Assembly: GCA_001643675.2 (NCBI GenBank)
Contig: LSRY02000027.1
Coordinates: forward strand, 682,001 to 746,000
DNA: 64,000 bases
Direction: 5' to 3'
Source of the DNA: Monocercomonoides exilis PA203
Lineage: Eukaryota > Protista > Preaxostyla
Part shown: piece by piece, positions 50,957-61,927 of the stretch
How the letters are laid out: every line of letters begins with the position of its first letter
How positions within the stretch are numbered: the stretch's first letter is position 1
Notes under the pieces: model-generated
What the model was told of the DNA's origin: nothing
The model's database searches: none
The model's input: only the letters and a program-made list of their open reading frames with translations
Position numbers and translations under genes: made by a program

Positions 50957-53900
50957 ATGAATTCGATAGAAGTGGTCAATCCAGCCAGTAGAGCTTACAT
51001 GATAGTGACTCAAAGGTTATGCTCAAAAAGTGTTCAAGAATCAGGTGAGTATACTGAGTTGGATCTGTGGTTTGAGAATTTGGCAGGCCGTTTATCTCTT
51101 TCAACAGATACTACTTCATCAAAGCTTTCTTGCCTAAAGCCTGCAAATTGGTATTTATTTTATAAGCTTTTATTTGAATATGCAGATGGTTCCTTACCGA
51201 CTTCTGACTTTTTAAAAGTTATGAGCGAGATTACAATTTGTTTTGGAACAATATTTCAAAACCAAAATACAACAGAAAATGATAATGCACTTTATCAATC
51301 TTCTAAAAATATGTCACTTAATGAATGGCGAATTTTATTTCACGCAATGCATTTATCACTGGCAGCGCTTTTGACGAAAAAGTTTAAAAATGGAACACAA
51401 TTTACTTCACCAAATAGTGTTTTAATAGATTCCATTTTTAGCTTTTCACGTGCTATTTCTATCTTGTTGCGAGCTACCTTACACATTCAGATTCTTGAGA
51501 ATTCAAAAATTAATTTTTCATCTCAAAAAGATGCTGATTTATACATGCTGTTCTTTTCTTTATTGCAGATGCTTCATCTGGTTATTTGCTTCTTTTCCAA
51601 ATCTTTTTGCCACTTGAATACAGATAGAAAATCATATATATTGTTTATGCAACGATGTTTTGTAATTTTGTGCAGAATCTGTGTTGAGGTAAAACTTAAT
51701 ACAGACGTCCAGGGCAACGAAGATCCTCTTCACTATTTCATTACCACAACGATCTTACAGAACCTACCTCCTTCAGATCCGCTTTTAATGTGTGCGAAAA
51801 ATCTGTCAAATACAATCGAAAGAGAATTGCTTAGGATTTCAGGAGTAGATTCTGTTAAACTGTCGTTTACTCAGTGTTTGTATTCATTGGCTGGAAAAGT
51901 GGCAAAAAGCGGATGGCACAGTGTAGATAATTTGGATCCGATAGCAACACAGAACTTCCAAAGAAGAGAGAAAGATGCGACATCAAATGATGAGAAGGAA
52001 AGCAAAGATATAACACAGATTCAGGAATCATTTGCATCTTTGTTTGAAAAGTGCATTTTTGGGCTCATACAGGCGAAATGCATGCCAAAGCGCGGGTTTC
52101 TCTATGGAAATTGGGACGGTGTGAAGGAGCAGTTGATGGCTTCTGGTTCTTTAAACGAAGCACTCATTGTTGGCACTAATAAAAGAGATCTGCCAGCAAA
52201 CTCTGATTCTGCTCACGAAAACGAGAAAGTTGCATCGATTGTTTCAAACTCGACCTCTTCTCTTGCAGCTGCCTCATTTCAGCGATTGTTGAACAAACCA
52301 TCTCAGTCATCATCTTCATCACTTGCTTCTTCTTCTTCTTCTTCTTCTTCTTCTATTTCATCTTCAACTGCATCTTCATCTAATTCTTCTTCCATCTCTT
52401 CGTTTTTCCACATCAGCGCGTCAAATCTGACACAAACTGTTGTTGTGCTCCGTTCGATGGGGAAGATCTCACATTCCCTTTTCACTGCTTTGCTTTCCTC
52501 TTCTTCAGCCTCTTCGTCTGCTTCAAGCACAATGCTTGCTGGATTCACCTTCGCGTTCATGTTGAGAATGGCATCACCTGCACTTGCTGCACCAGCAGGT
52601 GGGCTGAGCAATGTTTTGAGAATGTACAGCAACAGAGGAAATGAAGCTCAATCAAAAAACACAGAGCTAACTTCATCATCATCTTCCTCATCATCATCCA
52701 ATCATTTTTCTTCTCTTCCTCCTCTCTCAGTCGTCCTGACCTCTGCCTCCTCCCTCCCTACCGCCTCGTCCATCCTCCACACATCTGCTGCTCTGTATGC
52801 TGTGAAGGAGATTCTGTCCTCTCTCATCGGCACACAATCCTTTGAGGCGCCCACAAACATCGAGACAGCCCGCTGCACAGTGTCTGGCGTGTATGTGGCT
52901 GACTTTGCAGTATCTGCGCTGTCGCTGCTGGTCAACGGGAAGCTGCTGCCTTGTTTGGAGTGCATCTGCATGATGGTGTGGCGGGCAGCGTTTGAGCAGG
53001 CGGTGCGTGGAGGAACGCAGAGGAGAAGTGGAGGAAAGAGAGTGAATGTTGAGAGGGGAGCAGGGAAAGAGGAAGGAGAGGAAGAAGTTGAAGAAAATAA
53101 AATGGTCAAAGAAGAAGATGATGAATTATCACTGCTTTCTTCTTCGTCTGAAACAAATACCAATGTTCAGTCAATAGAGCGATCTCAACTTTCTTCTGCA
53201 CAATTTCCAGTCAAAGGCACGTTGCCTTCTTCGAAGCTGCCGAGTCTCTTCCTCAGCTGCATCCAATCTATTTTTGCATCACTTTCATCCATTCTGTTTT
53301 TGGACTCACGTTTTCTCTCAAAACACCTCACCACGTTGTTTGTGCTGTACATCACTTCTTCTGTATTCTCAGCTGCTGTGGGCGCAGTTAATCCAACTGT
53401 AAGTGCTACTCCTTCTCCTTCCTCTTCTTCCTCCTCCTCCTCTTCTCCTTCCTCCTCTTCCTCTTCTTCTGCCAACTCATCATCCTTCCAGCACACCACA
53501 GAATTGCCCACATTCATTTCATGCTTATCTCTTTTGACTTCGTCTTTTTCGCAGTTTTTTGTGGATGTTCTGAAGATGAAGAGCAGAGAAAGAGCTCATT
53601 CGTTTTTCCTGCAGCTGTTTACTGAACCGAAAATGCTGCTGAATCCAAGCTCGCTCCTGGCGATTATTCAGAGGTGCGAGAAGAAGGAAAAGGATGCAAA
53701 TATTGAGGAAGAGGAAGAGGAAGAAGATGATGATAACAAGAAGAAGGAAAAAGAGAAAGGTAAAGTAATTGATGAAGAAATTATTGAAATTAAAGATGAT
53801 GATGATGATGATAATGATGAAGAAAATGATGAAGATAAGCCAGAAGTGTTTGAACAGAGCGAAAATTCAGAGGAAGGGGAAAAGGATGAAGAAAAAAAAG

Positions 53901-56900
53901 AAACAATTGTTGAAACATCATCAACAACATCAACATCAACATCTTCCTCTTCTTCATCTTATGTGCGCTATCAAAAACAGGAAGTGATTTCAGAAAAGAC
54001 ACTTCTTGAATATTCCTTTGATTTAGCCAGCAAGTTGATGACTGCTTGGACATCACAACTACCCTTATCCATTTCATCATCATCATTTTCGTTTTCTTCA
54101 TCTTCTTCCTCTTCTTCATTATCCTCATCGACATCATTTCCATCACTTCCCACTCATTCATCACATTTCATCGTCCATCCATTTCTGAGCACTGTCTTTG
54201 CTCCCATCACCTCAACACAGCTTGCCAATCACATTCCTCTTCCACAGCATCTACAGCAGATGATTGACGAGAAACAAGGCTTATCTGAGTTTATATGCTC
54301 ATGCGTTCGTCTATCTTCTGGAAGTATTTCATCATCATCATCATCATCATCATCTTCTTCTTCTTCACAACCATCATCATTTAATCCACACATATCCATA
54401 TCTCTTCCTCCACCTTCTTTGTCTCCTCTTTTCGTCTCTCTCACTTCTTCTCTTGTTGATGCTCCTGTTCTTCGTCTTTCTCCTCTTTTGATTCAAATAA
54501 GCGAAATGTTAATAGCAGCTCTGCAGTCATTTGTGGAAGCAAGAGACAACTTCAGAAGGGATGTGGCAAATGCTGTGAAGGAAGAGGAGGAGATGAGGAA
54601 GGAGAGGGAGAAGGAAAAGAAGGAGAACAAAAAATCAGAGAAGATAGGTAAGAAAGAGAAGAAGGACAAAAAAAAGAAGGAAAGAAGGAGAAGCAAGAAA
54701 AATATCAGTGAATCAGAAGAAGAAGAAGAAGATATTGATAATTACGAGGACGATGCCATTTCACAAACAAACAAGACGAAATTAACCAACATCAACACAA
54801 ATAATGAAAGTGATCTCACATCCATCTCCTCTCCAATTGCCTCCTCCACTCTATCTGATTTCATTCATCGTCCTCTCTCTTTCATCCACTTTGTTGGGTG
54901 TGTGCATCGTGTGATGGTTGCCTCTTCGCTGCTTTCCTCAGCTCTGTCTGCTGTCTGTGCAAGATATCCTGTTCTGTCGCAGGGCGTGAAAAACGACTTG
55001 TTTCGGAATGTCCTCGATTTGATTGGTGTGTTGAAGGAGATTCTGGGGATATGCGGAAATGAAGAGGAGAGGAAGAAAGAGGGAAAGAGAAAGAATAATA
55101 AAAGAAAAAAGAGTGAAAAGAAGATTAGCAATGAAGAGGAAGAGGAAGAGGAGGATGAGGAGAATGTTATGGATATTGAAGAAGAAGAAAATGACGATGA
55201 TGAAGAAGAGGATGAAGACGAAGACACTGATTGCATGTTTGATGTACTTGCTTCGACGCTCTTTGACAACTCATCTCTTATTTCCTCTTCACTCAATCCA
55301 CTTCTTTCTTCTTCCAATTCTCATAACGAAGAAGAAGAAGAAGAAGAAGGGGAAGAAGAGGAAGAAGAAGGCAACACAAGTACCAATGTTTCCGAGTTTG
55401 AGAATCTCCAAAGCTATTTTGAGTGCACAGAGAAGACAGCGCTCAACTGGATGCTTCTTTCAGTGATGGATGTGGCATTCCATCTGCATGTGGTAGCATC
55501 GCGCTTCTTCTCTACATGCTCAGCCATTCCAACTGCTGTGTTTTCTGCTTCAGCCAAACAGGCTCATTCAACTTCCTCTTCGTCTGCTTCATTGCCATCA
55601 GCTTCTTCCTTCTCATCATCATCATCATCATCTTTAGTTTCTGCAAATTCAACAAAGATATCATCAAACGAAAACGAATCACAGAAGTTGACTCGACCAA
55701 ACGAAAACTTGTCTCTTCTGCTTCTTCAGCACATTGCTAAACAAGGAAGCCAGTTTATTGGAGGCAGTTCAACTGAACAGGCAATGCAACAGTCTGAGTC
55801 AAACAGACAAAGTTCACGAGCAGAATTCTTGTTTGAGATGATTCTTTCCAAACACATACAAAACGGTGAAGAAAAAGAAAGTGAAGTTCATTCAAAGAAG
55901 CAAAAAAGAGAGGAAGGAAATAACAGTAATTCGTTAAGCATGCAGAGATTCCTAATTCTTGATACTTTTGCGAGAGAGAAAGAGGTGATGCTTGTGCTCC
56001 GATATTCTCTTTCTCGTCTCTTTTCATTGGCTCTTCGGCATTCTGTTGCTGAAAGTCAGACAAAAGCATTCGCTTCTTCCATGCTATCCTTTTTTGGCAA
56101 AAAGGCGACAAAAGCATCTTCAAAATCGAAGCTGAACAGTTGCAGCGATAATGAAGATGAAGGAGATGCTGATGATTTATATCCGCTTCTGTTTAATTGG
56201 CTGTGGAACACCGTTTATTCTGAATGGAAAGGCAACAAAACTCATTTTCCGACAATAATACCAAAGGAAACATCTAGAAAAGAAATAGTTACTTTTGATT
56301 CCCCTAGGAAAAATGAACGTTCGAATGTATTTTGCCATCCAATGATTCTTTTGACAGTGTGGCAGTTGTTGACTTCGATGCAGTTGCTGTGGCGAATGAA
56401 AAACGCAGAGAAAATCGTGAAGGATGTTATTCGTTCGCTTATTGCGTCTCTTATGTCTGCTCCAACATCATATTCAATAGAGTCTTTATCCCAACAAGAA
56501 AAGCACTTTTCAAAAGATTCTTTGCTTTCGTCTTCTTCGTCATCGACTTCTTCTATTTTTTCCTCACTGGCTTCTCTGTTAGTTAGCCTCATTGCGCATT
56601 CGCAATGCATCCTTCCTTCTTCCACACACACACTTCAATACCAACACGAACGCAGCGATGCAGCAGGAATCATTCTGATGCAGTCAAATGCATCGCCTGC
56701 ACTTCGCTATTTGCTTCCTCTTTCGCTCATACTCCCCGTCTCATTCATGGAGAGTCCATTTGGATTTGCTCGACTGGCAAGTGCGTTTGTGTTTGATCCG
56801 CTTTCGTTTGATATTCCGCACGTTTGCGATGCTGTGCTGACTGCTCTGTGCGTGAAAATGAGAGAGACAGAAGGAGAGATAGAAGTTTTGCTGAAACAGG

Positions 56901-59900
56901 TTGAATTGAATTCAAATGAAGAGTTATTGACTAAGGATTCGAAGGAGAAAAAGAAGAAAGAGAAAAATATCGATGAAGAAGTTGATTCGAAAAAGAGCAA
57001 GAAAAAACGAAATCAGAAAGACTCGAAAGCAGATGTATCGCTCAACAATGACAGCTCTTCTATAAGTGTTAAAGCAAATTGGCAAAACACTGAACGTCTT
57101 TCTCACGAAATTAGCGAGATCAAAAAGATGCTTACTTTTGTGAGTGAAACGATTCCACATCATTTGCTTCAGATTTTGCAAAAGCAAGATGAGACAAAAG
57201 AAGAAAGGCAGAAAATGTTGCAATTGCAGATTAATTCAATTGAAAAGGATTCGAAAAAAGCAGATATGAATAAAAGAAGTAGTGAACAAATGAAAGATGA
57301 CAACGAAAGCGATGAGAGAACAAAAGAGAATGATGCAAATTTTAAGCAAATGCAACTAATGGAAGAGGAGAACACACCTTTCACCTTCGCATCTTTGCTA
57401 TTCAAAGGAATTGTACTGTTAAATCAAGTGCAGAAATGCTTTGCTTCTCAATCAAAGAATTTTGATTCAAAAGGAGCAACATTTGCCGATGAAATCATCT
57501 GCACACAAATCAAATGTCAGCAAATATTCAACCAGGTTGTGCAGTGTAATCGCCTGTTTAATCTGACATCCACTAAAACAGTAAAAGATAGGACAGAAAA
57601 GAAGAAACGATCAAGACACAACGAACGAAATAAAGAGAAAAAAACAGAAGAAGACAGTCAAAAAGAAACAGACTCTTCAGAAACACTAGAATTTGTGCAA
57701 TATCGGTTTAAGTGCTGGTTGCAGTTTGCAACAGAGCTATTTCAAATATTGAAAAGTGACGGTTCAGTTGAGAATGCTAATGCAGATGGTAAGACACCAA
57801 TGAGCATGAAGAAATATTCGCAACTGCTCGCTGTTTATTTACTAAGTAAAAATTATCCAACTTCTTTGCTTACACAGACAGCGGAATCACTTTCTGTTAT
57901 TTTCACATATTTTGCTTATAACAACGTAATTGATGCGCTTTCTCAGCAGAAAGAGAAAGAAAAAGAAAAGGAATCCTCCAGTGCAAAGAGCGATGATTCA
58001 TCTTCGAGCAAAGAAAAGAAAAAAACAGCTGAAAGCCGACAACCACATGTTTCTACTGTCAACGATGCATTTGTTGAGCTCGTTGATAATTTTGTGTATA
58101 AATCTCAAATAACATCAGCTTCATCTGCTGCTTCAGCGCAGAATTCAGCTTCATCATCAACAGAAGTAGCTCCGATTTCTTCAGCAAAGAAAACGTCAAT
58201 TTTGGTTGGGCTTATTCACGGTGTCTATATTGTGTTCAATCACATGCAACTTGCCTTGGTGAAGCGTACTCTTTCACTCGAACTGGAAGATTCAGTTGTC
58301 GCATTCGTGAACACTCAAGCACTTTCTGCCAATAGAATTACCTCTCTGTTGAATTGGGCCCTGCTTCATCTATTGCGTTTTGATAACAGCGGTTGCTTGG
58401 AATCTCAATCAACTTCGCTCAAGAAATTTATAGCTGTATCTCAAAAGCAGCAATTTTCTGGATTGTCGTTTGACAGTGCAAAAGAACAATTAAAGCAAAT
58501 TGTAATTGCACTAAATGAATACAAAGTGAACAGCGAAAAAGAAACTTCAATTTCACTTTCTTCTCTTTCACAGCTGTCTTTAATTAACCTGAGAAGATTG
58601 TGCGATTTCCAGAGGGATCAACTGGTTTTGTGTGTAAATCAACTGATCCGCCTGCTGTCTCGATTGGTTGTGCCAACTGTGCCACTTCACTTCTTCATTG
58701 GTAAGCATTTGCTGACCAACTATTCTGAACTGGCTGATGAGCCCATGGATATCAACAACTATTTGTCAATATCGATCATACAAACACTAAATGTGGCATT
58801 GAGGCATGCAGTTGTTATTCTTACACAAGATGATACTGCTTTCAGTGAACGGAGAGTTTTAGAAGGAGGAGAAGATGATGAAAAATCATTGGATGCGAAT
58901 GATCTTGAGACAAGCAAAAGACAAGAAGGATCAACAGCTTCAATGGAAGATTCTATTCATCCAACAGGAATTTCACTGGTTTCTTCTTCTTTGGCAATAT
59001 TTGGCCAAACAATCGATGCACTTCGAATGTTCTCTATGATGAAGGAAAAAACAATGAAATCCAACAAGCTGTACAATTTGTACTTTATCGAACGAGAATT
59101 CAGCATCAACATTTCGTTCTTCTCGCTGTTACTTTCTGCGCTTCTCCGTATTTCATCTACTTCGCCTTACACACTCATAGTCGAACGAGCAAATTCTCTT
59201 TGCCGTCTTCTCATCTCACTACTCCTGCAGATGTCACCACAATCTGCAGTATTCACAAGAGAAACACCATTCAGACGATATTCTCAGGCTTCTTCATCAA
59301 TACAAGCAAACATGAGAGATAAATCAACTTCAGAATCACATTCATCAGAAAAAGAAAATGCGATTGAAGCACATTTCAGCTCTGATGATTCATTGCTTAG
59401 CGTATTCAACAAATGCTGCTTTTTGACATCGTTCTATCTGAAATCTGTCCGCTCAGCCTTCTTCCTAACATCTCTCATGCCATCCCTCGATCTTGAGGAG
59501 ACAATCATTAACGATCCAATCACTTCTTCGAGCGGTGAAACAACAGACACAGCTAAACTGCATAAAAATTCACACAATCTTCCTGTTAAGAGTGGAGATT
59601 TTGTTCAACATGTAAAGTCAGAACAGGAAGTGATGATGAACGAGATGCTTGGGAGACTGTTCTCTTCAGTGATTGGACAAATCATGAAAGATCATTCACA
59701 TTCCTCATCTTTTCTTTCTTTCTCTACAAACATGAAATCTCTTTCATTCCAGATGTCCACAACATCACTTTTACTCTCATCTTCACTTGGAACGAAACTC
59801 GCTGTTTATGTGAATCACAACTTGGATAGACTGTTTATCACTTTGCGGATGATTCTTTCATCTGAGTTGTCTGCACTTGCCAATCAAGCAAAAAATGATT

Positions 59901-61534
59901 TAACAACCTCGCTCAAAAATTTGCATAATGATTCATTGGATTCTGACTCCCTCAAAAAACAAGCATTTGATGAAACATTTGGATCTACCAGCTTACAACT
60001 TAAAGAAATAGATTTTTCGAGGATTCAATCGTACAGCAGGCACGAACACATGCGCTTGATTTCACTTCGCTCTCCTCTTCTTTCAGCTTCATTTACTTCA
60101 TCTTGTCTTACTGTTCTGAACACTGTAATTTCTTCTCCATTATATCTTCGTATGAGCGAAATGGCTGTTAACTCTGTATTTTTGCTTTTGAACGAGATTA
60201 TACACACTCTTCGCAGCTGGTGCCAAGCAACAGTTACAGATGTATCAAAGCTTAGAAAAGCAATGAAGAAAGAAAGAAAAGAAGAAAAGAAGAGATTGAT
60301 GGATGATGAGACGAGCAATATCAAAGAATCAACTTATGAAAAAGCACAAACACATTCAACTGATTTGAAAGATAGCACAGAATTATCAGACGAATATTTC
60401 CAACTTCCTCCTTCTTCTGTCTATTGGCCAATGGCAATATCCAAAATCTGCTGTGCTGTTTTCAAGTTCCGCACAGAAATTGCGATGAAGTGCATTCCAT
60501 CTTTTGCCTCAACGTTCCATCATTTGCTCCTTCTGTTATTCACTGTCGTTCGTGAGGAAACACTTCAGCCACAGTGGAACCGCATGATTTCCTTTGAGCA
60601 TTCGAACGGAATTGCTGGATTGAAGAACAAAAGTAAAATCACAAACATTGAATCAAACTCAAATAAAAGCGGAGCATACGATGAGCAATCTAAAAGTGAG
60701 AAGAGTGCCGAAGATGAATCAAATGATTCTTCAGTATGGAAATCGAACAGAGCCAATAGCAAGAAAAATTCGTGTTTACTTTATTCAAACGAGCAAATGC
60801 AAACGATATGCAGCTCAACAATCCAAGGAATAGCTCGTATTGCTGACACAATTACTTCATCTTCAACTTATATCTACTCAAAGCCAACTAGCGGCAACCA
60901 ACGGAACAAGAAAACTCCAGATGCTGCGACAACTGCTGTTCCACAGGAACAAGCAAGAGCACAATCGTCATCTTCATCTTCTAAGTCGTCTTCTTCAGTT
61001 GATTCTTTAACTGAGATTTCATGGAAGGCGCTTGTTGTGGAGAGAAAGGAAGCACTGGAAATGATGAGCCCATATTTGGTCCCACTCATCTGGCAAACAA
61101 CTTCCGTGTTCTTGTTCATAAATCAAATTGAAGCCAAACTGAAACGAATAATCGATTCACATAAACTTTCTCTTGATCCGTTTAAATCATCAAATAACAA
61201 TCTATCTCTTCTCCAATTTGCAAATTCAGATGCTTTGATCGATAGATCATTCACATTTCCTACACACTTTTTCCCGCCTTGGGCAACTCAGACACTTCGG
61301 AATTCTGTTGTTACGCTTCTTTCAGTGCTGAATCCGTCTTCTCTTTCTCGGCTGAAGCTGTGGGGTGAATATGCCCAACTTCGCCCTGCTTCCTCTGCTT
61401 ACTCTGACGAGAAAAGTGTTATGATGATGCTGCTTATTGATGACAGCCAGATAAACGTACGACAATTGAATGGATGGATTGCACAGTTTATTAGCGAGGC
61501 CGAAATAAAAGAAAAGCAGATGAAGCACGAATAA
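50957..61534 (+). CDS. Giant intronless helical protein (3,525 aa), possibly Urb2/Npa2 nucleolar pre-ribosome factor
   Basis: A 10.6-kb uninterrupted ORF with ATG and TAA is clearly coding. The C-terminal blocks ICCAVFKFRTEIAMKCIPSFASTFHHLL, IARIADTI, PYLVPLI and TLRNSVVTLLSVL loosely follow the Urb2 domain pattern. That functional assignment is weak. Confidence 0.6.
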   Translation: MNSIEVVNPASRAYMIVTQRLCSKSVQESGEYTELDLWFENLAGRLSLSTDTTSSKLSCLKPANWYLFYKLLFEYADGSLPTSDFLKVMSEITICFGTIFQNQNTTENDNALYQSSKNMSLNEWRILFHAMHLSLAALLTKKFKNGTQFTSPNSVLIDSIFSFSRAISILLRATLHIQILENSKINFSSQKDADLYMLFFSLLQMLHLVICFFSKSFCHLNTDRKSYILFMQRCFVILCRICVEVKLNTDVQGNEDPLHYFITTTILQNLPPSDPLLMCAKNLSNTIERELLRISGVDSVKLSFTQCLYSLAGKVAKSGWHSVDNLDPIATQNFQRREKDATSNDEKESKDITQIQESFASLFEKCIFGLIQAKCMPKRGFLYGNWDGVKEQLMASGSLNEALIVGTNKRDLPANSDSAHENEKVASIVSNSTSSLAAASFQRLLNKPSQSSSSSLASSSSSSSSSISSSTASSSNSSSISSFFHISASNLTQTVVVLRSMGKISHSLFTALLSSSSASSSASSTMLAGFTFAFMLRMASPALAAPAGGLSNVLRMYSNRGNEAQSKNTELTSSSSSSSSSNHFSSLPPLSVVLTSASSLPTASSILHTSAALYAVKEILSSLIGTQSFEAPTNIETARCTVSGVYVADFAVSALSLLVNGKLLPCLECICMMVWRAAFEQAVRGGTQRRSGGKRVNVERGAGKEEGEEEVEENKMVKEEDDELSLLSSSSETNTNVQSIERSQLSSAQFPVKGTLPSSKLPSLFLSCIQSIFASLSSILFLDSRFLSKHLTTLFVLYITSSVFSAAVGAVNPTVSATPSPSSSSSSSSSPSSSSSSSANSSSFQHTTELPTFISCLSLLTSSFSQFFVDVLKMKSRERAHSFFLQLFTEPKMLLNPSSLLAIIQRCEKKEKDANIEEEEEEEDDDNKKKEKEKGKVIDEEIIEIKDDDDDDNDEENDEDKPEVFEQSENSEEGEKDEEKKETIVETSSTTSTSTSSSSSSYVRYQKQEVISEKTLLEYSFDLASKLMTAWTSQLPLSISSSSFSFSSSSSSSSLSSSTSFPSLPTHSSHFIVHPFLSTVFAPITSTQLANHIPLPQHLQQMIDEKQGLSEFICSCVRLSSGSISSSSSSSSSSSSSQPSSFNPHISISLPPPSLSPLFVSLTSSLVDAPVLRLSPLLIQISEMLIAALQSFVEARDNFRRDVANAVKEEEEMRKEREKEKKENKKSEKIGKKEKKDKKKKERRRSKKNISESEEEEEDIDNYEDDAISQTNKTKLTNINTNNESDLTSISSPIASSTLSDFIHRPLSFIHFVGCVHRVMVASSLLSSALSAVCARYPVLSQGVKNDLFRNVLDLIGVLKEILGICGNEEERKKEGKRKNNKRKKSEKKISNEEEEEEEDEENVMDIEEEENDDDEEEDEDEDTDCMFDVLASTLFDNSSLISSSLNPLLSSSNSHNEEEEEEEGEEEEEEGNTSTNVSEFENLQSYFECTEKTALNWMLLSVMDVAFHLHVVASRFFSTCSAIPTAVFSASAKQAHSTSSSSASLPSASSFSSSSSSSLVSANSTKISSNENESQKLTRPNENLSLLLLQHIAKQGSQFIGGSSTEQAMQQSESNRQSSRAEFLFEMILSKHIQNGEEKESEVHSKKQKREEGNNSNSLSMQRFLILDTFAREKEVMLVLRYSLSRLFSLALRHSVAESQTKAFASSMLSFFGKKATKASSKSKLNSCSDNEDEGDADDLYPLLFNWLWNTVYSEWKGNKTHFPTIIPKETSRKEIVTFDSPRKNERSNVFCHPMILLTVWQLLTSMQLLWRMKNAEKIVKDVIRSLIASLMSAPTSYSIESLSQQEKHFSKDSLLSSSSSSTSSIFSSLASLLVSLIAHSQCILPSSTHTLQYQHERSDAAGIILMQSNASPALRYLLPLSLILPVSFMESPFGFARLASAFVFDPLSFDIPHVCDAVLTALCVKMRETEGEIEVLLKQVELNSNEELLTKDSKEKKKKEKNIDEEVDSKKSKKKRNQKDSKADVSLNNDSSSISVKANWQNTERLSHEISEIKKMLTFVSETIPHHLLQILQKQDETKEERQKMLQLQINSIEKDSKKADMNKRSSEQMKDDNESDERTKENDANFKQMQLMEEENTPFTFASLLFKGIVLLNQVQKCFASQSKNFDSKGATFADEIICTQIKCQQIFNQVVQCNRLFNLTSTKTVKDRTEKKKRSRHNERNKEKKTEEDSQKETDSSETLEFVQYRFKCWLQFATELFQILKSDGSVENANADGKTPMSMKKYSQLLAVYLLSKNYPTSLLTQTAESLSVIFTYFAYNNVIDALSQQKEKEKEKESSSAKSDDSSSSKEKKKTAESRQPHVSTVNDAFVELVDNFVYKSQITSASSAASAQNSASSSTEVAPISSAKKTSILVGLIHGVYIVFNHMQLALVKRTLSLELEDSVVAFVNTQALSANRITSLLNWALLHLLRFDNSGCLESQSTSLKKFIAVSQKQQFSGLSFDSAKEQLKQIVIALNEYKVNSEKETSISLSSLSQLSLINLRRLCDFQRDQLVLCVNQLIRLLSRLVVPTVPLHFFIGKHLLTNYSELADEPMDINNYLSISIIQTLNVALRHAVVILTQDDTAFSERRVLEGGEDDEKSLDANDLETSKRQEGSTASMEDSIHPTGISLVSSSLAIFGQTIDALRMFSMMKEKTMKSNKLYNLYFIEREFSINISFFSLLLSALLRISSTSPYTLIVERANSLCRLLISLLLQMSPQSAVFTRETPFRRYSQASSSIQANMRDKSTSESHSSEKENAIEAHFSSDDSLLSVFNKCCFLTSFYLKSVRSAFFLTSLMPSLDLEETIINDPITSSSGETTDTAKLHKNSHNLPVKSGDFVQHVKSEQEVMMNEMLGRLFSSVIGQIMKDHSHSSSFLSFSTNMKSLSFQMSTTSLLLSSSLGTKLAVYVNHNLDRLFITLRMILSSELSALANQAKNDLTTSLKNLHNDSLDSDSLKKQAFDETFGSTSLQLKEIDFSRIQSYSRHEHMRLISLRSPLLSASFTSSCLTVLNTVISSPLYLRMSEMAVNSVFLLLNEIIHTLRSWCQATVTDVSKLRKAMKKERKEEKKRLMDDETSNIKESTYEKAQTHSTDLKDSTELSDEYFQLPPSSVYWPMAISKICCAVFKFRTEIAMKCIPSFASTFHHLLLLLFTVVREETLQPQWNRMISFEHSNGIAGLKNKSKITNIESNSNKSGAYDEQSKSEKSAEDESNDSSVWKSNRANSKKNSCLLYSNEQMQTICSSTIQGIARIADTITSSSTYIYSKPTSGNQRNKKTPDAATTAVPQEQARAQSSSSSSKSSSSVDSLTEISWKALVVERKEALEMMSPYLVPLIWQTTSVFLFINQIEAKLKRIIDSHKLSLDPFKSSNNNLSLLQFANSDALIDRSFTFPTHFFPPWATQTLRNSVVTLLSVLNPSSLSRLKLWGEYAQLRPASSAYSDEKSVMMMLLIDDSQINVRQLNGWIAQFISEAEIKEKQMKHE

Positions 61535-61927
61535 AAATATTATTATTAAATAAAAATATTGTGAGAAAAGTTGCTGCTTTTAATGAAAAAAAGTAGCATA
61601 AAGATGAAATGAAATTTTTAATTGAAACATTTCGCACCCATTTCACAACACTTCACAAAGATTATAAACACAAAATATTCACTAAAATCTCTTAAAAATT
61701 TCTGAGTGAAACAAAAAATGATGCAACGAAAGTTATAGGAAAAAAATTCAAAGTGTAATGATTCAGTAAACATCTTTAGGTGATGGATCATGCTTTTTTG
61801 AAGTGAAGAATATTCAGCAAATGTTCCAAATCTTACAAATAAGACGTACTAACATTTAGAAAAGAAACACATTAAAAACCAAATATAAAGCAAAAAATCA
61901 AACAAAATACTGAAGAACGAAAATTCA

